From contig NC_043006.1 in assembly GCF_006345805.1 (NCBI RefSeq), positions 98,084,001-98,148,000 on the forward strand: a DNA stretch of 64,000 nt, read 5' to 3'. The position numbers and the translations under genes were made by a program. This document shows positions 40,268-53,772 of this stretch, in pieces; within the stretch, counting starts at the first letter, position 1; every line of letters begins with the position of its first letter. Source of the DNA: Octopus sinensis (lineage: Eukaryota). The notes beneath the pieces are model-generated. The model was not told the origin of the DNA. It saw only the letters and a program-made list of their open reading frames with translations, and did no database searches.

Positions 40268-41481
40268 GATCTGAATGATATGATATATATATGTAAAAAA
40301 TGTAATATATAAATAAATATCTGTAAATATGAACCATCCGATCTTCTGATTACCTCATTTCTTCTAATATCTAATACCTGCACATCATCTCCAAACCTTC
40401 CAATATATATATACACATATATATATATATATATATCAACAAAAATAACCGTACGTGGTGTTCCATTCAATAAGTTAACAAAACATAAGGGATGCACAAC
40501 AAACGAGAAATAGACACGGGAGGTAACGAACTCCTCATCAGTTCTCGGCCAGAGGGTCAAACGCAGTTTGACGCCTTAAAGATATGTGTGTGTATGTCTG
40601 TGTGTATGTCTGTGTGTATGTGTGATGTCTAGGTTGACATAGTAACTGATGTCCCTATCAGTGATATATAGAATTCAGTTGTCTATTTATCTTCTTGTGT
40701 TTCAAGTAGCCAGTGGGCTTACTAAAACAATAATTGGTAGCGGTAGAAGCAGTAATAATACTAAAACGTAATATTAAAAAATTAACTTTAGTTAGATATT
40801 GTGATAAAGCGCAAAATATTGTGTTATTTACCATAACAGGGCCTTTTCGGCCGCTATATCTAGCTGGATGTCATTCATTGACAAACCCATGTTTGGCAGC
40901 TGGGTTTGGCTCCTTGGCATACCTTCCAAAAATCAGCGGCTTATGTCGGAGAATTTCTATGACTTCACCAACTGCAATTTCCGGTCCCTTATTCACCCTG
41001 TTGTACTCCCATGAATTACTCTGTTTGGGGCGCGGAAGAAAATGCACCACCTGCTTTGACAGCTCTTCCCACGGACGCAGTGAGGAATGCATACACCTGG
41101 TTCCAGATCAGTTTTGTGACCGTGGAAAATGTAGAAGCTGGTTGAGGCTAGTTTGAGTAAACCAATTTTTTCCCACCCATAGTGTAGTTGATAAAAATGG
41201 ATTTAAAAAAAAGATACCTTTTTTTGGAAGGGATTTTGTTTTATTTTTTGTGAAAAATGTCAAAATTCAGGCGTACACTCTATGTCTATCCATCTATCTA
41301 TTAATCTATCTGCCCGTTTTCCTTCCTCCCCGTCTGTCTGTTTATCTGTCTGTCTCTCTCTTTCACTCCACCTCTCTCTATTATATATATAAACAAAACA
41401 AAAAATGTAACAAAAACGTAACAGGCAACTACAAAACACCCGGACAGTTAGGTGATACAAAGCAGGCCAGGAAAAAAGAAG

Positions 41482-41555
41482 GACGGGTCATTCGGAGCTT
41501 TCAATCGTCAGTCGAGAACAACGTTGCAATTTCGGCCAGTTACATTCGAGACTGC
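41482..41555 (-). ncRNA. Candidate non-circularly permuted hammerhead ribozyme, second sequence family
   Basis: GCAGUC|UCGA-augu-aacuggcc-GAAAUUGC-10 nt-UCGA-CUGACGA; stem III 5 bp, stem I 4 bp, stem II partner weak or displaced. Confidence 0.5.
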
Positions 41556-43483
41556 GCCAATCTGTCCGACCCCAAGATAATCTAAGCTAAGAGCACTTGA
41601 TTCTTTGGAAGTAAGCAAGCGGATGTATACGAAAATAAGGACACAAAACACGTAGAAATGGTACACAGTTACAAATACAAACAACAGGTGTCTTTCGACT
41701 AAGGACGAATTGAATTAAGCTGACGTGTTTAGAAGCGAAGCATTACAGCAGGAATCTAAGAGATGAAAATCATGGGAAGGAATATAAGAGATGCTACACG
41801 CATGGTAGTCGAACTAAAAAAGAAAGGTCAGGCTTGGCGGAACACCGGCCACATGGAAGGAGAGGGGAGAGTTGGAAGTAGAGGGTTAAAGAGTTAGGAA
41901 GGGACGAGAAAGAAAGAAAAAGAAAGGAAAGGAACAGAGTGAGGTAAAAGAGGATGGAGTAGTTCTCTCTCTGTGAATTAGATACGTAAAAAAGAACGAC
42001 ATTGATTTGAACGTTTATCTCAAAATAACAGGAAAATAAAAAAAACCCTCGTGATTGAATGGTTAAAGATGCTAAAATTACATCACTAATAATGCTTGCG
42101 GTGGTCTGTTATGTATGTTACTAGTTGCTTGTATTGATCATGCAGTTATCCTCTTTATCTCTTTTAGCGATGGCATATTCATGATTCTGAATTATTTTAG
42201 GAAGTTTCTTCAAGTCTGTTAAGAAAACCCATTTCCTATCTTTCAACATTTAAACGTATATTCGATACAAACACAATATATATATATATATATATATATA
42301 TGAGATCGTGTTTTAGCTTCAGAGAAATTCATATACAGCTGTCATATGATTAAAAATCACTCCAGCGGTGACTACACTGAATGTTCATTCAAAATATTAG
42401 TGACTATTTTGCCGAATATGTGCTTTCTGTCTTTCAACAGATTCTGTGAAGGAGATTAGTCAAATAATTCTAGCAGGTAGGAACACCATGTGCGGTAACT
42501 TCCTTAGTTTCATACGCCTTTAGGCTTTTTCGACATGAGCGCTCACATGCACATATTTGTAGAAAAAGAGAAAATGAAAGAAAAAGTAGGAGAGAGAAGG
42601 AACGTGAGAAAAAGAAGAAGCGTAAAAATTCTTATAGAAACATACCTACCAATATATTTACTATAAAATAAAAAAAAATGTGAAGACACATTAAATTTAA
42701 AATTCTATGTATGAACATTCCTGTTATCATCATCATAATGGTGATTATCATCACCTACATTGGTAACGGAATAAATTTTTTTTTCGCCTTTCGTAAAATA
42801 AACGGCTGCGATTGCCTTTTTATAAATAAAGTACTCACATTTTGTATAAACTATTTATTTTATTGCCGGCGAGATATTATTTGCGTTATTTCTTAGAATA
42901 GACAACTATATCTGCTGCCTCAGCATACGTAGTACGTTTATAGGAAAATTAGGTACATTAGGTGTGAAAAATAACATCTTGTATATTTATGAATAAAAAA
43001 AAATAATTAAAAGAAATCCATTAAAATTTTCGAAATCTTTGTGACATTTGGACCATCCTGTATATTAGAGTAACTTCTTTTTTCTTAAAGCGGGGTGCAA
43101 TATGTTTCAGCGAAGAAATTCATTGTAGAAGTGTAGTCTGAAGATTCATTAACCGAGCAAATGAGATATAGATTTTGATTTACCAACATAATAAATAGAT
43201 ACAATTCAATGAATCAAAGGGTCATATTTTAAGTTGTTGGTTATGGCAGGTCAGACAGTCAGCACTGTTTTCACGTTTACTATTGAACTTAACGATACAG
43301 GAAGCCTATCAGAGTTAGAGGCTGGAGTGAGATCTCAGAAGGAGACAATCGTGTATGCAAACACATATACATGTATACATTTGTATACACACACACATAC
43401 ATAATACATACATACATACGTACATACATACATACATAAAACATAATACATACATACACACGCACACTCACACATACACATAT

Positions 43484-43669
43484 AGGTGCAGAAGTAGCTG
43501 CGTCGTATGTAGCTTGCTTACCAATCACGTGGTTCTGGTTTCTGTCCCACTTGCGTGGCATCTTAGGCAAATGTCTTTTACTATACCCTCGGCCGACCAA
43601 ATCCTGGAGAGTGGATTTGGTAGGCAAACACTGAAAGAAGCCCGTCTTATAGATATACATATATATACA

Positions 43670-43730
<61 letters not shown>

Positions 43731-43935
43731 GTGTGTTTGTGTGTCTTTCTTTGTACCACGCCATAGCATGACAAAAGATGTTGGTGTCTTTTCCCCCCGT
43801 AACCTAGCGGTTCGGCAAAACATTCGGATGGAATAAGTACTAGGCTTACAAAGAACCATTCCTAGGGTAGATTTGATCGAATAAAGGAGGTACTCTAGCA
43901 TGGCTGCAGTCAAATGACTGAAACGAATATAAGAA
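43484..43935 (+). mobile_element. SINE family A, older diverged full-length copy
   Basis: Colinear with young copies, expanded internal microsatellite. Confidence 0.85.
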
Positions 43936-43961
43936 TAAAATAATATATATACCTATATACA

Positions 43962-44045
<84 letters not shown>

Positions 44046-44179
44046 TAACATAATATAATATAATATAACATATATGTATGTATATATATATAATATATAC
44101 GTACATGTATGTATGTATATGTATATATATATATATATATATACATATATACATACATACATACTACACACACACATAA

Positions 44180-44213
<34 letters not shown>

Positions 44214-44430
44214 ATATATATATTATATATATATATATATATATAAGAATATGTATATGTATATATGCTTAGCGGAACATAAATAATTTGTTGAGATAAA
44301 TCTTAAGACAAAATCAGAATAAAAAATCCAGAATTTCACGTGATTAGGTAACTAGGTATGACCACTCTGAATTAATAGGGATAATCTGAATTGATATGAA
44401 TAATCACATGGTAAGGCTTTACAACAAACT

Positions 44431-44500
44431 TCCATGAAGTGTTTCCAGTATCCCCAACATAGATTTCAATATGAGAATATTGACTGTAATCAGAAATGGA
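44431..44500 (-). ncRNA. Degenerate type I hammerhead motif in an (AT)n-flanked island
   Basis: UCCAUuu-CUGAUUA-CAGU...ACUG-GAAA-CACU-UC-AUGGA; G8U substitution, stem I offset by 2 nt. Confidence 0.45.
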
Positions 44501-44530
44501 GATTCGGATGTCAAGTTAAAACTATGTATA

Positions 44531-44592
<62 letters not shown>

Positions 44593-44627
44593 CATATGTA
44601 TATATATATGTACATATATATATATAT

Positions 44628-44683
<56 letters not shown>

Positions 44684-44731
44684 TTATGTATATATGTACG
44701 TATATACATATGTATACATATATGTATGCAT

Positions 44732-44772
<41 letters not shown>

Positions 44773-45368
44773 GACAGAACTTGGTTATCGGCCAGTATTT
44801 GAAGAATTCGTTATTGCATAAATAGTTATCAAAAGTAATAAAAGTTCTTTTTAACGAAATATTGGCCAGCATTTCCTTTCCAAATAGATATAGTATTATA
44901 TTCAACTGTGATTTAAGATGGAAAACAGCCGTTACTCCCCCATTAATTACAATAATATATGGGCAATTTAGTTTCTCGATAGATTTTTGTTTCAATAAAA
45001 TTACAGTATCATAAAAAAAAACGAAATTATTTACAGCGAATAAATGTTCTATTCAGCTATATTTATGTGTTTTTTATTTTATTATTATTGACATTACAAT
45101 AATGCTAATTTAAAATTAACATTATCTTATCCCAATCCAATCTACAAACCTTGTAAAAATAAAAGTAAAAATCGACTAAAAATATAGAAGAAATATTAAT
45201 GTCTAAGACAACCCTGTGCTTTCGTTTGAACTTATATGTATAGAAATATACATATATACCTACATATATACATACATACATATATACATACATGTGTACA
45301 TGCATACGCATAGCACAGAGAAATACGCAGGTACACTCATATATACACAAATATCTATATATAATAAT

Positions 45369-45415
<47 letters not shown>

Positions 45416-45519
45416 TTTTTGTGCATACTTTCGTATATATATATACACATACACACATATATATATATGCATATGTGTGTGGGTGTGTGTATGCACAAAC
45501 ACGTGCATATATATGTGCA

Positions 45520-45557
<38 letters not shown>

Positions 45558-45610
45558 CATATGTATATACATTAATATATGCATGCACACACACGCGCAC
45601 ACACATATAA

Positions 45611-45647
<37 letters not shown>

Positions 45648-46162
45648 TGTGTATATACATAGTGGTTTCTTGTTGTATCAAATAGATTTTCCAGGATGTT
45701 CTAGTGTTAGTATTTGCTGTACAAACGACTATCAAGATAAGGAATAAATATTTAAACTGACATTGATACCATTTAGAATTCGTTCCGAATTAGCCATCAT
45801 ACAGGGAAAAAAGTGAGGAAATAAAAAGAATATAATTTGAGACATCTAGTTGGAAATTGATAAGAATATTTGCAAAATTCAAATAATTGTCTGTTGCTTA
45901 GTATTATTTATCTGATTATCCATTAAATACGAGGTCTATACATAACCTTTCATTGGACATACAGTTTGGTTACGACTCCTGTTTGGTAATGGCTTGTGTT
46001 TAATTCATTCTATTATATTTCTATTCTATTTGCACGTTTCCTCAAATAAACTTGATGGCTGGATACATTTAAGAACTATAATAGTATAAAATAATATAAA
46101 CAGCTTAATATCAGTAAAGTGTCCTTCCTTAGCGGAACAACCTATCAGACTATATTCCATTT

Positions 46163-46211
<49 letters not shown>

Positions 46212-46459
46212 GTTGCACAAGCACGTACACACATACGCACATGCACACACGCCCACACACACACGCACACGCACACATACATATACATATACATGTATAC
46301 ACATATATGTATGTAGACATATATGTATGCAGATACACCCATACAAGTATAAATATATATCAATACATACGTGTGTATGTATATATCTATCTCTCTATCT
46401 ATCTATCTATGTATCTGTCTATCTTTCTCCCTCTCCCCTCCCTTCCTCCTCTCTCTCTT

Positions 46460-46491
<32 letters not shown>

Positions 46492-46699
46492 CATACATTC
46501 ATATACACGTACATCTAATATGTACATTTGCATATATATCTACATTTACATGTGTGTGTGTGTGTGTATGGAAGTATACTGTAAAGATACATTACAACAA
46601 AAATATATTCTAGTGCGAAATATTTGATGGTAGGCATTATAACAGGAACATGTTGCTTTGATATTTGATACTGAGATCTATGATGAAAGGCTCAAGTAG

Positions 46700-47036
46700 T
46701 ATATTAGATTTACATATTTAAAAAAACTGAAAAGTTTATGCCTACAATATTTGTATGTATTTCATAATGCCAGAACGGCTCGACACTGCATAGTACCAAA
46801 GGTCTCAGCCATGTCATCACGCTTCAAGACCGGTTACTGCAACAGCCTGGGTTTCAAGGGCCCACAGCTTTTTAATATTCTCCAAAAGAGTCTGAGGAAC
46901 TAGCACAAAGTAAATGTAGGGTTTTTTAAATCAAAGCTGGACCTCTTCCTGTCGAGAGTCCCAGATGAACCTACCTCACGGCAAGAGGTGCAAATGAAAG
47001 TAGATATATCAAGCTCCATGCTTCACCAAGTGCCAC
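46700..47036 (+). mobile_element. CR1-like LINE ORF2 C-terminal fragment
   Basis: NSLGFKGPQLFNIL..LRN*..FFKSKLDLFLSRVPDEP. Confidence 0.75.
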
Positions 47037-47399
47037 ATATATATATTGAATGATACAGTTATGGAAACTCACATAGAGGACTTCAAGTTTCTAAAACAAC
47101 GGTACAAATTTTTCTTCACTTTATAGACTATCCTGTGGGATTTTCGTGTTTCTAAGGATGGGCTACGGGCACCGGACGTGCGACATCTGAAGTTCTGCGT
47201 GTCTCTCTTTATAATCGTAGCATTCATTAAGTAATTAAACATGCATGTTTGTTCTTGTAATAGAGAAGTGAGATCCTCTATGATTGTAGTAAAGACATCT
47301 GATTAACTTCAAGCATAGACAAGGCTTATATAGATAACATAAAATGTTTATTAATCATTGTACCCTATACACTTCGCCACATATTGAATTCGATAAAAA

Positions 47400-49070
47400 C
47401 ATCTCTGAAGCGGAATGTCCGCTCTACAGTTGCATTATACAGCAACAAAAGTTGCTCATTGTGCGGAAATAAGTCTGTGGTCGAAGGAATTTAAATAGGT
47501 AGTTATTTATAATATATGTTTTAAAAGAATTGCCTCTAAAGCTACTGTATAGATGTTCTGTTGTAGAAGCGATAAATTTGGATTTCGAAACTGGTAACGA
47601 AGAATCAATATTTTGTTGCGAATTGGAGTTAAAAGAAAAGTGTATAAAGAACTTTGCGGTTAAATATTTTTTCAGGTTCCGCAACGCAATTGAAAATTTA
47701 AAAAAAGCGCTATTTTCGATCGAATTTAGGATTTTATGAATATAAATCAAAACGAGTACACATTTCTATATAGCCAAATACAAAAGAGTAAATATAGTAT
47801 CCTTTAAAGTTGATATACTTAGTTTCAATACAATTGACTAATATCTTGAGGTTCCGCATTCGTACGTGTCTGAAATTTTCTTGTTCGCAACTTGACTTTA
47901 GGCCATTGAATTAAAATTAATGATCGTGTTAAATTTAGAGTTGTTTAATTTTAGTGATAACTCATAAGCCAGTAACGCGTCATGATATTAATTGCCCAAC
48001 ATTTGGTACTCCATGTGATCTTAGCGAGTGAGCTTTGCCAACTTACAAGGACGAACTAAAATGTGTTTTATTTGAATGGGAAAAAGAAAAGCATGTAGTT
48101 AACAAAGATCCTTCAATTAAACAAATTGTCAAGATTGTAGCAGAAAAGGTAATTCTTCTTTGGCAAAAGGCACTGCATTCCTTGTATTACGATTGAGTCA
48201 GTTAAACCGAAAATCTTGAACTTCAGTCTAAAGTATCAAGCTTAACTAAAATCAGAAAAAATGTGCCATCGTTTCAAACAAAGTGTAATGTGTTTCAAAA
48301 CATGGCAACAAAAGATGTTTTGACATTTTCTTTGCAAGTGTAACTCATTTAAAAGCAGGTGTAGTAGAGACAAAAAGTATCACAGAAGGAACAAAATTTT
48401 ACAGGATCGACGGTCAAATCGAAAAATGATCATTGGGGAATAGATCAAGCAGTATCTAAGCAGAATGTTTAGAGGTTGATTAGAAAGAATCGGCCAGATC
48501 ACAGTCCCCCTTCTACGTCAGCAAAGGAAAGTTTAAGATTTTCGGTTTAACTCACTCAATCGTAAAACAAGGGGTGGATGACTTTTGTCAAAGAAGAATT
48601 TTCTTTCTACTATAATACTGGCAAATAGCTTAAATTATTTTAACATGTGTGTAATTTAGACCTCATGTAATATATATATATTCTGCGATCTAAATTAAAA
48701 GTTATAAAGAAAACAAAGTCGAAAAGTCTATTTATTTCACGTAATTTCGAAATTTCAAGTGCTTTGCGAAGCTTGAAGATATAAAGTTTAGAGCGTGAGA
48801 TTTTAGCACTCTTGTGCGCAAAAGATTTCTCAAAAGAAAATTGATGCGTAATAATGAATGTAAAAAATCATATTTAGGAATGGCAACAGTGTTAGAATTT
48901 GATTTTTCCCTTATTCAAAATTTCAAGTAGGTTGTAGAGCCTGCAGATGTACATTTAAAAACTTCAGATTTAACACAGTTGTTTTTAAAGAATTTCGTAA
49001 TAAAAAAGAGTATATTACTGAAAACATATTTCGAAAATCTGTATAAAAGTACATTTTCGCTCCACCCTAA
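47400..49070 (+). mobile_element. Internally deleted DNA transposon, hAT-like (hATm-type terminus), left boundary uncertain
   Basis: Decayed N-terminal coding CPTFGTP..LPTYKD..AEKVILLWQKA..D.RSNRKMIIG.ID; right end CACCCTAA; family assignment from recall only. Confidence 0.45.
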
Positions 49071-49517
49071 TGTACAATGTTCTTTCTCCTCAGGTACTGC
49101 TTTACCTGTCGCAGAAAATACCTATTGTCGTAATGATTTCGCCAAGAGAAAGCAAGGAAATTCGTACGTTTCAACAGTGCAATAGCGAATAGATTACAAA
49201 TTGTTGAAACAACCAATCAATTGCCCTCTCAAGAAAGAAACTCTAGTGAGGTAAGAACGGTTCCGGTTTAAGAAGATCATTGTCGTATCTATATACATGG
49301 TACTTAGGGTGTTGTTGTAGAGAGTTCATAGATGAATAATGATATCGTTATATGGTAATAAATATGAAAAGGTGACAAAAGGATACTTGTGTGAAAAATA
49401 TAAAATATCAGACATACGGTTGTCTGTGAGACACTGGTACGCACATCACCCCACAATCAGATCTCAATAGATGAAATAAAGACAGACAAGCACACAAGTA
49501 CAAAATATACTTATGAA

Positions 49518-49640
49518 GAGGTGAGGTGGCAGAAACGTTAGCACGCCGGGCGAAATGTGTAGCCGTATTTCGTCTGCCGTTACGTTCTGGGTTCAAATTC
49601 CGCCGAGGTCGACTTAGCCTATCATCCTGTGGAGGGTCAG
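49518..49640 (+). mobile_element. SINE family B 5' fragment
   Basis: GAGGTGGCAGAAACGTTAGCA..GGTTCAAATTCCGCCGAGGTCGAC, as at 51135. Confidence 0.8.
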
Positions 49641-49688
49641 TTTGTCAATAATAAACATACGCAGTGTTTAACTTCACTTCTTTTGTTG

Positions 49689-49960
49689 TGGATGCACATG
49701 GCCTAGTGGTTAGAGCAGCGGACTCGCGGTCGAGGGATCGCGGATTCGAATCTCAGATCGGGCGATGTATGTGTTAATGAGCGAAGACACCTAGGCTCCA
49801 CGCGGCTTCGGCAGAAGGTAATGACGACCTTCTGCTGATTCTTTTGCCACAACCTCCTCTCACTCTTTCCTCCTGCATCTTGCAGCTCACCTGCGACGGA
49901 CCGGAACCAAGGAAACCGAGAGAACCGGCCCTTATTAGCCAGGGATGGCTCGAGAAGGAA
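49689..49960 (+). mobile_element. tRNA-derived SINE family C
   Basis: A-box TGGCCTAGTGG and B-box GATTCGAATC at tRNA-like spacing, followed by non-tRNA body. Confidence 0.7.
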
Positions 49961-50049
49961 CAAGCAGCTCATTTGTTAATAGTTAACCAATTTGCGCATT
50001 GGCTGTTTGCTCCATCAGTGAATCAGCTATGATTCTCCATCAGTGAATC

Positions 50050-50450
50050 CGCTTTGTAGGAGTATAGTTAGTTCGATTTTATGGTGTGAAAGATGTTGTG
50101 TGTTAACGAACGGAATCGTATTAACGAACGGAATCGTGTTTTCATTAACTTTTTCCTTAGGTGTCCGTAGTTGAGTGATGTTCAGTTTCATCGCCTTTTT
50201 AATTCCCTGGTTAATTAATCCTATGGGGTATTTCTGTATTGTGAGGAAGACTGAGTTCGTTGAGTCGGATTTCACGAATTTTGGGGTCAGTCACCATAGC
50301 ACCGATGCGTCATGACATGCTGTATAGGATGTTTCTTTTGATGTGTGATGGATGGCAAGAGTAGAAATTTAGACGTTGGCGTGTGTCAGTTCTTTTTGCA
50401 AGATATGTCTGTTGTAACTGTGGAGTTCTGTATTTTTATGTGAGGGTGCA
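50050..50450 (-). pseudogene. Penelope-like RT thumb/linker fragment
   Basis: TDISCKKTDTRQRLNFYSCHPSHIKRNI..KYP..IPFVNT, homologous to ~26745-27060. Confidence 0.75.
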
Positions 50451-50801
50451 AACCGCGGTTTCATATGAAACAAAACTGGAGACACTACATTTTGTATTCT
50501 AAATAAAACTCACAGGAGAAAAAGAAAGAGAGGAAAAAAGAAGGACAGAAGAGAAAAAAGGAAGAAAAAGGAAAAGAAAGAAAGGAAGAAAAGGTGCAGC
50601 AGAGAGAAAGAAAGCAAAAATACTTGCAGTGATGACTACACCGCACTATTATTATTTTTTTCTGAAGAGGTCACCATCCTTAAACCTATTTCATTGCAAT
50701 GGTAGATGACTAAATAAATAAATGAATGATGAATAGGAACGGGGACCCCCTTCTCTCTCTCCCGCTCTCTAGCTATCTGCCTGTCTGTCTATCTATCTAT
50801 C

Positions 50802-50832
<31 letters not shown>

Positions 50833-51134
50833 CTTTCTATCTATCTATCTATCTTTCTATCAACCTATCAACCTATCTACCTACCTATATTTCTATCTAT
50901 CTATCCCCATTGTCATGAAAGCTCACCCCACCAAAAAAAAAAAAGAGAGAAAAAGCCCAAACAATGTTCTCTTCTAAAGAACCTCCAAATAAAAGCATTT
51001 GTTTCATATAGATGAACAAGCTGTTTATATTTCACAAAATATTCTATCTATCGATAATAATAATAAAGAAATAAAAATATTTTTCCAAACTTCTGACGAC
51101 CTTTTTCTTAATATTCAATTTATGTGAATGTGTC

Positions 51135-51340
51135 GAGGTGGCAGAAACGTTAGCAAGCCTGGCGAAATGCTTAGCGGAATTTCGTCTGCCGCTACGTTCT
51201 GAGTTCAAATTCTACCGAGGACGACTTTGTCTTTCATCCTTTCGGGGTCGATAAATTAAGTACCAATTGCGTACTGAAGTCGATCTAATCGACTGGCCTC
51301 ATCCTCCAAAATTTCGGGCCCTGTGCCTAGAGTAGAAAAA
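51135..51340 (+). mobile_element. SINE family B, near full-length
   Basis: B-box GAGTTCAAATTC; central CTTTCATCCTTTCGGGGTCGATAAATTAAGTACC resembles the Meta-type SINE domain (recall). Confidence 0.8.
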
Positions 51341-52179
51341 CATTCAATTTTTGTACACTACACACATACACACACACACCAAAAACCGCTCCGATAAAAG
51401 TGGAGATTGGAAAGATGATCACAATTGCGGTGCTCCAGCATGGCCGCAGTCATTGGACTGAAACATATAAAAGAATAAAAGAACATATGTACACGCACAC
51501 ACACACGCACTTATATATATGTATATATATATACGTATACATATGTGTATGTGTGTGTGTGTGCAGAAATATTAAAGCTAATACTTCATGTTCAATGTTG
51601 ATTTCACGTATTCACCCGCTGTAATCCTCGGCCTTCAGAAGATACCTGGCATGTTCAAAGACGTTCCCGAAAATTCTTACGATGAGCTTTTTAAAGTCAA
51701 CTGAAATATATAATTTTCCTTCCGTTTTCTACATTGTTTGATATTCCCTTTCTAGAGATGGCGCACACTTAGACTATGGTATATATTATTCGACAAGCAT
51801 AATTACTGAACGCATATCCACCAGGTATTTACTACAATTAGCAGTAAATCACCTGATCGTATCAACATTTCACTTTGTATATTAGAGCATTTATATGAGT
51901 CAATTCGGAGTTGCAGGTCTACCGCTTACGGGTGCCGACTTAATACTGTTTACTTTTATGACAAATGAGGGAATTCGCAGTTATTGAGTGAGAAGCTAAC
52001 CAATGTTTCCAATTATGTGTCTAAGATGACTATACGCATTCAAATGTATTAGCGATTATTAATGATAATTCGTCATCTCAAACACTCAGAAGACACACAC
52101 ACATTCATGTACATACAAGTACACATATACACTCACACACATACACAAAACCAGACACATATTTAAATATATCTATGTT

Positions 52180-52210
<31 letters not shown>

Positions 52211-52214
<4 letters not shown>

Positions 52215-52576
52215 AGGACCATTTCAACGTAGTTGTGTCCTGCCCTTACCTTCGAAACACGCAATAAGTCGAAATAGGAGCAGTTGAAGAAGGTGAATGT
52301 TCCTTGTGTTGTTGTCTTGTACTCTGTTTTTTCGTTGTTAAAAAAAGTCCGTTTCCATGTTTTGTTTTTATGTTTTCATTTCTCGTTGTGTTCTACGTTC
52401 TTTTTTTTTGTGGTGTCCTGTACCCATATATGCATGTATATATACATAGAGATGTAGGTATGTACATATATGTATGTATGTATGCATATGTTTTATTTAT
52501 TAAATTGTTATTAATAAATATATGTTCCACGTGCTCGCGTTTTTGTGTTATCTCTTTGTTCATATTTGGATTAACT
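52211..52576 (+). mobile_element. Putative solo pLTR embedded in (AT)n
   Basis: Homologous (inverted) to 38663-38930; (AT)n on both sides. Confidence 0.6.
52234..52297 (+). ncRNA. Candidate non-circularly permuted hammerhead ribozyme (C3U variant)
   Basis: GUGUC|CUGCcC-UUACCUUC-GAAACAC-17 nt-GaGCAG-UUGAAGA-AGGUGA; compensatory stem I pair relative to 38847 copy. Confidence 0.5.
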
Positions 52577-52585
52577 ATATATATA

Positions 52586-52666
<81 letters not shown>

Positions 52667-53313
52667 CATTTACATATCTGTGTGTGTGTGATTGTATGTG
52701 TGCGTGTGAGTGTGTATGTATTGAAATCATCATAATCGGTGCTTATAATTGTTGTGTATGTTACTTAATGAAGTTTATTTATTAGTTGATTCAAGACTTA
52801 ATTATCTCGTAATCGTAACAGCTAAGGAAATCTGTCAAGGTATAACCCACACCAGTACCTGAAACCTACGTCTTAATTGTGTTTAATTTCAAATAGCTTT
52901 TGTGAAAAATCGAAGGAAACAAAATCTCAAAGAAAACAATGTCTCTAGTTATGCAAATTTAATTAAGAATGGATAAATAATTCCGAACCTTGCAATTAAA
53001 ATTTCTAAATATATTTGCAGCAAAGATTTACTTTCATTTTGAATGTACTACATGCTGGTATGTATGCACTGCTACATACATAAAGATGCTCTCCTCTTTC
53101 CTCTCTCTCTATCTATCTATCTATCTCTCTCTCTGTCACGCACACACATATTCATATAAATGTATACATATACATATGTATATATATGTATATATACATA
53201 TGTATATATATGTATATATAGATATACATATATATATATAAATATATAATGCATGTACATATATATATATGTGTGTGTGTGTATATATATATATACACAC
53301 ACATATATTTATA

Positions 53314-53404
<91 letters not shown>

Positions 53405-53471
53405 CGTTTTCAGCAAGTTTTGCTTCCAATACATTATTGGAATATATTGAAATTAATCATATTGTTTTAAA

Positions 53472-53505
53472 CATCATCATCATCATCATCATCATTATCA
53501 TCAAC

Positions 53506-53584
<79 letters not shown>

Positions 53585-53637
53585 CGTATTCGTCGTCCTA
53601 ATCATCATTATCAGTATTCTCAATAATGATGATGATG

Positions 53638-53723
<86 letters not shown>

Positions 53724-53772
53724 AATAATAATAATGATAATAATAATAGATGACGATGATGATGATGATAAT
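53472..53772. repeat. Compound trinucleotide array (CAT)(TAT) then (AAT)(GAT)
   Basis: Directly visible. Confidence 0.95.

Noticed and set aside
40512-40575. CUGAUGA plus hairpins on the minus strand
   Set aside because: No GAAA or NUH strand in register; at best a truncated relative of the permuted motifs.
40652-40670. TCCCTATCAGTGATATATA, 17/19 match to the tetO operator
   Set aside because: Single imperfect copy with no vector context; most likely chance.
40800-41200. Coding-like minus-strand stretch, possible transposase relic
   Set aside because: No diagnostic motif or paired termini found.
49689-49765. Possible tRNA gene
   Set aside because: No convincing acceptor stem or terminator; continues into a SINE-like body.
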